Below are positions 56,821 to 64,000 of a DNA stretch of 64,000 nucleotides, one piece after another. A program made the position numbers and the translations under genes. Location of the stretch: positions 188,546 to 252,545 of the forward strand of contig NZ_CP032157.1 in NCBI RefSeq assembly GCF_003555545.1, read 5' to 3'. The notes beneath the pieces were generated by a model. It saw only the letters and a list, made by a program, of their open reading frames with translations, searched no databases and was not told the origin of the DNA. The stretch's first letter is position 1, and each line of letters begins with the position of its first letter. The stretch comes from Paraflavitalea soli (lineage in GTDB: Bacteria; Bacteroidota; Bacteroidia; Chitinophagales; Chitinophagaceae).

Positions 56821-57762
56821 ATGATGAAAATTGAAGGATTGATCGCAGCGACGTTTGGGGCATTTCACGAAGATGGTTCATTAAACCTTAGTCCTATTCC
56901 AGACCTGGTAGAAAAACTGATCAAAGACGGCGTAGCCGGTGTATTTATTTGCGGCACCAATGGCGAAGGTCCCAACCTTACCGTTGAAGAACGTATGACC
57001 GTAGCAGAAGCTTATGTAAAAGCAGTTAATAAGCGGGTATTGGTACTGGTGCATGTAGGGCATCCTTCCATTGCCGAGTCGAAGAAGCTGGCTGCCCATG
57101 CTGCCAGTATTGGGGCCGATGCTATTTCAGCCGTAGCAGCTTTTTATTTTAAACCTGGCTCGGTACAGAACCTGGTGAACTGTATGGCGGAGATCGCTTC
57201 CGCAGCGCCCTCCCTGCCTTTCTATTATTACCATGTGCCTGCACTTACGGGGGTAGGTATGGATATGATCGATTTCCTGCGCCTCAGTGAAGGTGTGATC
57301 CCCAACCTGGCGGGTATTAAATATACAGCCGTTACCATTTTTGAATACCAGGCTTGCCTCAACTATAAAAACGGCAGATACAATATCCTGTACGGCTATG
57401 ATGAAATGCTGTTGAGTGCGCTGGCTGTAGGGGCGGGTGGTGCTATTGGCAGTACCTATACCTTTGCAGCGCCTTTGTACCTGAAGGTGATGGCCCTGTT
57501 CCGGGAAGGCAAGCAGGAAGCAGCACAGCAGTTGCAATTGAAGCTGGTAGAAATGGTGCGTTGCCTCCTGAAATATTCCCCCATCCCTGCCCAGAAAGCG
57601 ATCATGGAAATGCTGGGATATACCTTAGGGCCCTGCAGGCTTCCCCTGGTGAGTCTCACCAAACAGGAAGCAGCCGCTTTGAAAGTGTCTTTACAGGAAG
57701 TGGGCTTCTTTGAAGAGCTGGAGAAATATACAGCAGGCCGGAAGCAGGAGGTTTCTGCCTAG
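56821..57762 (+). CDS. nanA: N-acetylneuraminate lyase (DHDPS family)
   Basis: 'FICGTNGEGPNLT' and catalytic Lys context 'LAGIKYTAVTIFEYQ'; 313 aa; sits inside the sialidase cluster. Confidence 0.8.
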   Translation: MMKIEGLIAATFGAFHEDGSLNLSPIPDLVEKLIKDGVAGVFICGTNGEGPNLTVEERMTVAEAYVKAVNKRVLVLVHVGHPSIAESKKLAAHAASIGADAISAVAAFYFKPGSVQNLVNCMAEIASAAPSLPFYYYHVPALTGVGMDMIDFLRLSEGVIPNLAGIKYTAVTIFEYQACLNYKNGRYNILYGYDEMLLSALAVGAGGAIGSTYTFAAPLYLKVMALFREGKQEAAQQLQLKLVEMVRCLLKYSPIPAQKAIMEMLGYTLGPCRLPLVSLTKQEAAALKVSLQEVGFFEELEKYTAGRKQEVSA

Positions 57763-57829
57763 CGAATGTTTCTTTGGTGATGCTGCTTCGCAAGGGCAGC
57801 CCCTACAGGGCTGAAAAAACACCTTCGCG

Positions 57830-58010
57830 TTGATTGCTACAAAGCGGTAGCCCCTCTGGGGCAAAATGCACGTTTGACACGCATGGAGGAAAGCGATAGC
57901 CTCCCGCTTGTTGCGGGACAAGCTCTCTGGGGCAAAATGCACGATTGATACGCAATGCGTATTACAAAGCGGTAGCCTCGCCGAGGCAGCATACACGTTT
58001 AATACGCATG
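57830..58010 (+). repeat. three imperfect ~60-nt tandem units in the 5' region of the NanM-SSS gene, including perfect 15-nt palindrome ATACGCAATGCGTAT (57946-57960)
   Basis: Units share ACAAAGCGGTAGCC, GGGGCAAAATGCACG(T/A)TTGA(C/T)ACGCA and CACGTTT(G/A)A(C/T)ACGCATGGAG. Confidence 0.7.
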
Positions 58011-58067
58011 GAGATGTGCGCTATTATGTTGATGTGTTCGTATACTATTCACTATTGACTATTCATC

Positions 58068-60641
58068 ATGAAGAATTGTTTGCTCATATGTTCTTTCCTC
58101 TTCCTCTTGTTCTCCGGCAGTTTGCTGGCGCAGGACAAAGCGCATCCTTCCTATGTACGCTGGGGCGAGTTGCCGCCATTACCTGGAACGCCTGGCCTGG
58201 CAGGATGTTTTGCCGGCGTATCGAACGGTACGTTGCTGGTAGGGGGCGGTGCTAACTTTCCGGATGGCGGCACACCCTGGACAGGCAGCAACAAGACGTG
58301 GCAGGATAAAGTATATGCGCTGGAAACAGCTACAGGCAGTTGGAAAGAAGCGGGCAAGCTTCCCCGCCCATTGGCCTATGGGGTGTCTGTTACCTGGAAG
58401 GGTGGACTGATCTGTGTGGGTGGGAGTGATGCGAACAATCATTATGCAGATGTATTTCTCTTACAATATACCAATGGCCGTGTGCAAACAACGCCATTGC
58501 CTGCTCTGCCCAAACCATTGGCCAATGCCTGTGGGGTACTTATCGGCGATGTGATCTATATAGCCGGTGGTACGGCCAGTCCTGCTGCCACGGCTGCAGA
58601 GTTGGTATGTTGGTCACTTGACCTGTCGAAGGGTGTTGCAGGCGCTCAATGGACTATCCTGCCTGGCTGGCCGGGGCCTGCGCGTATGCTGGCCGTAGCG
58701 GGCACGCTGGATGGCGCCTTCTACCTGATGAGTGGTGTTGAACTGGTGAAAGGGGCAGGGGATAGCGTGGCCCACCGGGTGTTCCTGAAAGATGCTTATC
58801 GTTATACGCCCGCCAAAGGTTGGGCCAAAGTAGCTGACCTGCCCGAACCGGTAGCGGCTGCACCCAGTCCGGCCTATACCAGCGGTCAATCACACCTGTT
58901 GGTATTTGGCGGTGATCATGGCCGTTATTTTGAACAGAATGCTATCCTGAAAGAAAAGCATCCCGGTTTTTCTGATAAGGTATGGGCCTATAACAATATT
59001 ACGGATGTGTGGACGGCTATCGATACGATCCTGACGCATAAGGAGGCAGATGCTGCACAGCAGCCCAACAACAGTGTATGGGCGCCGGTAACCACGCCTT
59101 CGGTGCTCTGGAATGGCAGTGTCGTATTTCCTTCAGGAGAAGTAAGGCCGGCAGTAAGGACACCAAGGGTACTTATGGCCACACCCATACAACCTGCAGG
59201 GGCTTTCCACGTGCTGGATTGGATCATTGTAGGAATCTACTTCCTGCTGGTGATCGGTATCAGTGTGATCGTATCGCGTAAAATGGAAAGCTCCACGAAT
59301 GATTTCTTTTTAGGCGGCGGTAAGATACCCTGGTGGGCGGCGGGCCTCAGTATTTTTGGTTCCAAACTGAGCGCGCTGACGTTCATTGCTATTCCTGCCA
59401 AGGCTTATGCTACGGATTGGGTATACCTGCTCAATAATATTATGATCGTGGCAGTAGCGCCGCTGATCGTTTATTTCTACCTGCCTTATTTCCGGAAGAT
59501 GCAGTTGACGAGTGTGTATGAGTACCTGCGCATCCGATTTAACCAGCGGGTAAAATTATTGGGCAGTCTTACGTTCGTATTGTTCCAGGTGAGCCGCCTG
59601 GGTATTGTTATTTACCTGCCTGCGTTGGTATTGAGTGCAGTAACAGGCATCAATATCTTTGTTTGCATCATTGGTATTACGGTCATCACCACGGCCTACA
59701 GTGTATCGGGTGGCATTGAAGCCGTGGTCTGGACGGAAGTGATGCAGGTAGTGGTGTTATTGGGCGGCGCTTTAATTGCGCTCATCTTCATGGCCAACTC
59801 TCTGCCGGGAGGCTTTGGACAATTGTTTACCGAGGCAGCAGAAAACAATAAGTTCCGGATGGCCATTATGCATGGCCGGATCACGGAACCTGTGTTGTGG
59901 GTTGTGCTGGTAGGCGGATTCCTGACGCAATTGGTGACGTATTCGTCGGACCAGGTAGTGGTGCAGCGCTACCTGACCACGCCTACTGAAAAGGAAGCGA
60001 GGAAATCTATTTATACGAATGCCTTGCTGGTGATCCCCGCTTCGCTTATCTTCTTTTGTGTGGGCACGGCCTTGTGGGTGTTCTTCAAACACAATCCTGC
60101 TGCGTTGAATCCCAACGGACGGATCGATGATGTATTCCCCTGGTATATTTCCAATCAACTGCCTTCCGGTCTGGCCGGATTGGTGATTGCCGGTTTGTTT
60201 GCCGCTACCATGTCTACCATCAGTTCCAGCATGAACTCGATCGCCACGGTAGTGACTACGGACTTCTATCAATACCTGAAGCCGGCGAGTACGGACAGGC
60301 AGCGTTTTGCCTTTGCACGCCGTACCACGGTCGTATTGGGCGTTCTGGGTTTCTTCATTGCGGTGTACATGGTATACCTGAGCAATGCTTCCATCTGGGA
60401 CCAATACCTGAAGATCATTGGCCTGTTTGGCGGCTGCCTGGCAGGTATGTTCGTAGCTGGTATATTCTTCCCGCGCATTAACAGTGTTGGTATATTTATC
60501 GGCTTTATTGTAAGTGCTATCTGCCTGTTCTTTGTACAAGCGGCCAATATTGTCAGCTTTTTCCTATACCCGGCAGTCGCCGTACTGATGTGTGTGCTGG
60601 TGGGCTACCTAAGCAGCCTGATCTGGAAAGAAAAAGGGTGA
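58068..60641 (+). CDS. fusion protein: N-terminal Kelch-type beta-propeller (NanM-like sialic acid mutarotase family) + C-terminal sodium:solute symporter (SSS-family, sialic-acid transporter-like)
   Basis: 857 aa. Signal peptide, then ~370 aa with repeated 'G..(L/V)..GG' Kelch blades ('NGTLLVGGGANFPDGG', 'GGLICVGG', 'GDVIYIAGG', 'LLVFGG'). From ~res 395 there are 13 TM helices with SSS signatures ('FFLGGGKIPWWAAGLSIFGSKLSALTFIAIPAKAY', 'GGIEAVVWTEVMQ'). Confidence 0.85.
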   Translation: MKNCLLICSFLFLLFSGSLLAQDKAHPSYVRWGELPPLPGTPGLAGCFAGVSNGTLLVGGGANFPDGGTPWTGSNKTWQDKVYALETATGSWKEAGKLPRPLAYGVSVTWKGGLICVGGSDANNHYADVFLLQYTNGRVQTTPLPALPKPLANACGVLIGDVIYIAGGTASPAATAAELVCWSLDLSKGVAGAQWTILPGWPGPARMLAVAGTLDGAFYLMSGVELVKGAGDSVAHRVFLKDAYRYTPAKGWAKVADLPEPVAAAPSPAYTSGQSHLLVFGGDHGRYFEQNAILKEKHPGFSDKVWAYNNITDVWTAIDTILTHKEADAAQQPNNSVWAPVTTPSVLWNGSVVFPSGEVRPAVRTPRVLMATPIQPAGAFHVLDWIIVGIYFLLVIGISVIVSRKMESSTNDFFLGGGKIPWWAAGLSIFGSKLSALTFIAIPAKAYATDWVYLLNNIMIVAVAPLIVYFYLPYFRKMQLTSVYEYLRIRFNQRVKLLGSLTFVLFQVSRLGIVIYLPALVLSAVTGINIFVCIIGITVITTAYSVSGGIEAVVWTEVMQVVVLLGGALIALIFMANSLPGGFGQLFTEAAENNKFRMAIMHGRITEPVLWVVLVGGFLTQLVTYSSDQVVVQRYLTTPTEKEARKSIYTNALLVIPASLIFFCVGTALWVFFKHNPAALNPNGRIDDVFPWYISNQLPSGLAGLVIAGLFAATMSTISSSMNSIATVVTTDFYQYLKPASTDRQRFAFARRTTVVLGVLGFFIAVYMVYLSNASIWDQYLKIIGLFGGCLAGMFVAGIFFPRINSVGIFIGFIVSAICLFFVQAANIVSFFLYPAVAVLMCVLVGYLSSLIWKEKG

Positions 60642-61100
60642 TCATTGTTTGACAAGCGTAAAGGTCATCCGGTCACCCGCCTTGAGAGTGTTTTCCACAT
60701 AATACACCATTGTTTTACAATCGTAACCGGCGATGGTACCATTGAGCGTACCGTCGCTGGTCAATGTATTACCACTCACTTTCCAGGTGCCTTTTTCTGA
60801 TCCTGAGGGGGTACAAACTGTGCCCAGGTCATTGTATTCCCAGGTCCCGTCGGACTTCAGGACGAGGATATCATCTTTTTCGCAATCTTCTCTATAGGCC
60901 AGGTAATCGACAGATACGGAAGAAGCTGTTAGCTTATACTGCAAGGCGGTCAGTTTGTAAGAACCGGACAGGCCAGTCATACTGGTACTACACTCCCCAT
61001 TATTGGATTCGCTTTTATCTTTTTTGCAGGAAAAGAGAAGGAGGCTGGCTGCTACTGCGGGTACGGCCCATGACAAAATGGTTGATCTCATACGTTTCAT
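60642..61100 (-). CDS. lipocalin-like lipoprotein
   Basis: Internal Met start MKRMRSTILSWAVPAVAASLLLFSCKK (lipobox); 'GSYKLTAL..' beta-rich ~130-aa mature domain. The ORF-track version (to 61271) has an implausible N-extension. Confidence 0.65.
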   Translation of the reverse strand: MKRMRSTILSWAVPAVAASLLLFSCKKDKSESNNGECSTSMTGLSGSYKLTALQYKLTASSVSVDYLAYREDCEKDDILVLKSDGTWEYNDLGTVCTPSGSEKGTWKVSGNTLTSDGTLNGTIAGYDCKTMVYYVENTLKAGDRMTFTLVKQ

Positions 61101-61247
61101 TTGTTTGAATGTGAACATTGTTTGACAGCAGTACCCGCCCCTCGGGCCTAAAGGTTGGGCCGGAACCAAAATAATTTTTTTTGAAGGCTGCCCAACCTTT
61201 TCCCTCCATGGGCGGGTACTGCCCTGGAAAGCCGGTATGTTCCGGCT

Positions 61248-62099
61248 GTGATATATTATATATTTTTGCAATTATTTGTGAAAACAACAGTACTGGTAAT
61301 CGCGGCAAGCTGCCTGATGGGTTGCAGCACTTCGATCAAACTGGCCGTACCCCAAACGTTCAAAGAGCAGGCCACCATGGAGCATGTAGACGGGGCCAGG
61401 GGCAATAAGATGTCGATGGCTAATTTTACTACTTCCCGGATCAAAAGAGGGGCCCACGTAAGTTATCCCGGCTGGGGGCGTGCTTATATATTGGAAAACC
61501 TGGTGCTGCAGCAGATTGGTCTTGGCATGAGCGGGACCACGGAAAATGAAAAAGCCAGGTTTCACTACGAGCTGTCGGACGGAAAAAGCACGGCCGAGAT
61601 CTATGCCCATGAAAAGGCGGTTACCAAAAAGACGGAATACAGTGTGCTTAACAACAATAGTTTCTTCGGTTCATTCGAAAAACTGGAGCAATACAACTAT
61701 ATATTTTCGGCCATGATCTATGGCGGCACCAAGCCCACCAGCAAAGTCTGGGAGCTGATGATGACGAATATCTATGACCGGAAAGCGGAAAATGATAAAA
61801 ACATATTTGCCTATATCAAAGCGGGTGATAATGGACTGGCCACCAATGGCAGTGATACGATCTACATAAAACCGCTCAGCATTAAAAAGACGGAAATGGC
61901 CAATGGTAAGACAGGGACCTTGCCTTTTAAACTGCTGTCGGGCTATGAACTGAGTACATCGGGTGGGGTGATTGCCATTGTGGACCTGATCGACCGGAAT
62001 GTATGGTTTTACAATGAACTGGATGCGGAGGAAAAGTTCAATGTATCGGCTATCGCTACCGCTATCCTGGCGCGACGAGTACATAATGAGCAGTGGTAA
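61248..62099 (+). CDS. hypothetical lipoprotein (283 aa)
   Basis: 'VIAASCLMGCSTS' lipobox near the N-terminus; no recognisable domain; start codon uncertain. Confidence 0.5.
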   Translation: MIYYIFLQLFVKTTVLVIAASCLMGCSTSIKLAVPQTFKEQATMEHVDGARGNKMSMANFTTSRIKRGAHVSYPGWGRAYILENLVLQQIGLGMSGTTENEKARFHYELSDGKSTAEIYAHEKAVTKKTEYSVLNNNSFFGSFEKLEQYNYIFSAMIYGGTKPTSKVWELMMTNIYDRKAENDKNIFAYIKAGDNGLATNGSDTIYIKPLSIKKTEMANGKTGTLPFKLLSGYELSTSGGVIAIVDLIDRNVWFYNELDAEEKFNVSAIATAILARRVHNEQW

Positions 62100-62126
62100 G
62101 CCGCGGCTGCGGTGCCCTGGCGGATA

Positions 62127-62698
62127 ATGAATGGTGAAAACAGGACGAAACAATATAGGGGGAACTGGAACAGGAGTTACAAATACTGGTTGCTGAGTGC
62201 CGCGAAGGCAAACGAAAAGCGCAGGAACAACTGTACCGGCAGCTGTATGGCTTTGCCATGGCCATTGCCATGCGTTATGCTACAGACGAGCAGGAGGCGG
62301 GTGATATCCTGGGCCATGCTTTTGTAAAAATGTTCCGCAGTATCCAGTCCTTTGATGAAACGAAGGGGAACTTCCATGGCTGGCTGAAGAAAATCATCAT
62401 CAACGAAGCGCTGGATATCATCAAACAAAGAAGCCGTTTTACGAGGCTGGAAATGGATATGGCGGAAGAGCCGGCGATCAATAACAGTATCATTGAACAA
62501 AGTGATGCGGCTGCTATCCTGCAGCTGGTAAGGCAATTGCCGCCTGCCACACACGCGGTATTCGTATTGTATGCCATTGATGGGTATACACACAAGGAAA
62601 TAGCCCAGCAATTGAATATCAGCGAAGGGACCAGTAAGTGGCACCTGAGTGAAGCCAGGAAATTACTAAAACAAAAATTAACAGGAACCAGTATTTAG
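62127..62698 (+). CDS. ECF (sigma-70 group IV) RNA polymerase sigma factor with apparent +1 frameshift in a G5 run (62156-62160)
   Basis: Regions sigma-2/sigma-4: 'ELEQELQILVAECREGKRKAQEQLYRQLYGFAMAIAMRYATDEQEAGDILGHAFVKMFRSIQSFDE' and 'VFVLYAIDGYTHKEIAQQLNISEGTSKWHLSEARKLLK'. There is no in-frame ATG before 62258; ATG 62127 (MNGENRTKQYRG) joins the sigma frame if the G5 run were G6. Confidence 0.7.
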
Positions 62699-63291
62699 TG
62701 CATACTACCACACCATATGAGCAATCAATAGCAGCCAAGCTGGATCAGGTGCCGGTGCCGGATATGGCCGATAGCATCTGGGCCAGTATTGACCTGCAAT
62801 TGGGTGGGCCGGTGGATGTACCGGTTAAAAAGGCGCCCCTGAAGTATGGCGGAAAGATCTGGTATGTGTTTGTCGGTGTAGTGGCGGTGGTGACTACGTT
62901 GTGGTGGTATGGTGTTCGTAAGAGTCACCCTCCCGGGAAAACGATACCGGAAAAGGCGGTGCCGGCAATGAAGGATTCCTTACCTGTAACAGACAGTACA
63001 ATCATCAATGAGGAAAAGATCAGGCCGGTAACGCCTGCCACCAGGAAAGTGGACTCCACGTCACCGCAGGAACCAGTAAAAGCTTTTACCAACCCGGATT
63101 CCGTGGTTGATAAAAGCCTGCCTCGGGTTGTAATAGATTCACCTGCTGTACAAAACTTCCGTCCGGTTGTCCCACTGGTTGATTCTGCTGCCGTTACACC
63201 GCCGGGTAAGCGGCCCAAAGGGGTAAAGGGTATTGGTCCCGATGATTATAGAATATCGGCGGGTAAGGATTCAACTAAAAAAGGCAACTGA
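62698..63291 (+). CDS. putative anti-sigma factor (single-pass membrane protein)
   Basis: GTG start overlapping the sigma stop (TAGTG); one TM helix 'IWYVFVGVVAVVTTLWWYGV'; Pro/Val-rich C-terminal region. This is the typical ECF partner position. Confidence 0.5.
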   Translation: MHTTTPYEQSIAAKLDQVPVPDMADSIWASIDLQLGGPVDVPVKKAPLKYGGKIWYVFVGVVAVVTTLWWYGVRKSHPPGKTIPEKAVPAMKDSLPVTDSTIINEEKIRPVTPATRKVDSTSPQEPVKAFTNPDSVVDKSLPRVVIDSPAVQNFRPVVPLVDSAAVTPPGKRPKGVKGIGPDDYRISAGKDSTKKGN

Positions 63292-63308
63292 TCTGAACGT
63301 AGGCAGTA

Positions 63309-63743
63309 TTATTTCTTAAACTCCAGTGTGTGCTTTACATTGCTGGTATTATCGTCGTAATAATCGGTGGTGATCAGGTGGTCGTTGGTGAACTTGTTGA
63401 TGATGTATTCATCGCCATCGATCAGCAAGAGGCTTTCATTTTCCAGTTCATACCTGAAGGTGTCGAGTGCTATCTGGCCGTTTTCACTGATCCTGGTATA
63501 TACGTTCCCATTGCTTCTGAAATCGATGGTAAACAAGCCTTGCGGAATATCAACGGATGAGGAATCCTTGTATGCCCCGGTGGTTTTGTTGTACGTTACT
63601 TCGGTTTCTTTCACGATATTCCATACGCCGAGGATACGGTCTGCCGGCTTTTTAAGATCATCTTTGTCTTTGGTACAGGAAAATACAAGGGTCATTGCGG
63701 TGAGGCCAATAAGGGAATAACGCAAGGATGCGGTTCTCTTCAT
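63309..63743 (-). CDS. lipocalin-like lipoprotein (paralog of 60642..61100 family)
   Basis: Signal/lipobox 'LTAMTLVFSCTKD'; 144 aa beta-rich; 'GVWNIVKE', 'TLEFKK' end resembles the other copy ('TFTLVKQ'). Confidence 0.65.
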   Translation of the reverse strand: MKRTASLRYSLIGLTAMTLVFSCTKDKDDLKKPADRILGVWNIVKETEVTYNKTTGAYKDSSSVDIPQGLFTIDFRSNGNVYTRISENGQIALDTFRYELENESLLLIDGDEYIINKFTNDHLITTDYYDDNTSNVKHTLEFKK

Positions 63744-64000
63744 AGAGGATCGGATTTTGATTTGGCCGTCAAAATAACAGTTATATTCGAATGGTCAAAG
63801 CCGTGGGGCTACCTTTTTTATAAGTAGCTACCACTCAGCAGGAGCGGGTGGCAGGTCACTTTAGTTTTTACCCCTGATCAGCCCCAGGGTGAATTGCATA
63901 ACGGCATCGCGGTTGCTGATAAAATCCTGTTGGGATTGGGTGACGATGTGATGTGGCTTAATGCCGCTGCCAAAAGGTATCTCCTTCTTTTTCTCCACAT

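Overview
This 64-kb window looks like a Bacteroidota chromosome, probably Chitinophagaceae-like (inference from SusC/SusD pairs, lipoprotein signal peptides, ~50-55% GC). Content in order: the 5' end of a TonB-dependent receptor; a sterol-desaturase-family gene; a phosphoketolase-acetate kinase operon (xfp-ackA); a YjbQ-family gene; an isolated 692-aa SIR2_2-type protein wedged next to a decayed histidine-kinase fragment (candidate single-gene NADase defence protein); a secreted alpha/beta-hydrolase with an AraC regulator; a decayed HAD (PhnX-like) pseudogene beside a ~1-kb AT-rich islet carrying two orphan genes; a GH3 beta-glucosidase; a DeoR-SusC-SusD-GH20(F5/8C) polysaccharide utilization locus; a GntP-RidA-Dsd1-like-M19 dipeptidase cluster (putative D-Ser/D-amino-acid dipeptide catabolism); SPFH, PepSY-like and YkuK genes; an intact tRNA-Lys(TTT) next to a cluster of scrambled tRNA fragments; DJ-1/PfpI; a GntR-PBP regulator; and a ~22-kb sialoglycan utilization locus. 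That locus has a NanR-like GntR/FCD regulator, 2 SusC/SusD pairs, 4 GH33 sialidases (two as a tandem duplicate), 2 DHDPS-family proteins (one NanA-like), and an 857-aa NanM-mutarotase::Na+/solute-symporter fusion. The window ends with an ECF sigma/anti-sigma pair between lipocalin-like lipoproteins. Non-coding signals: heptamer/octamer-periodic tandem repeats directly 3' of many stop codons (several sequence families); a composite dispersed element (TTTTGCTTCGA + TTGTCATYYCGAACGKAGCGCAGCGTAGTGA) upstream of the GH20 gene and of a sialidase, in inverted orientations; a palindromic ATGTA[A/G]TACAT candidate operator upstream of sialidase-1 and in the NanR/SusC divergent region; REP-like hairpins; and two homopolymer-associated frameshifts (GH20, ECF sigma). 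No CRISPR array, integrase or transposase was found.
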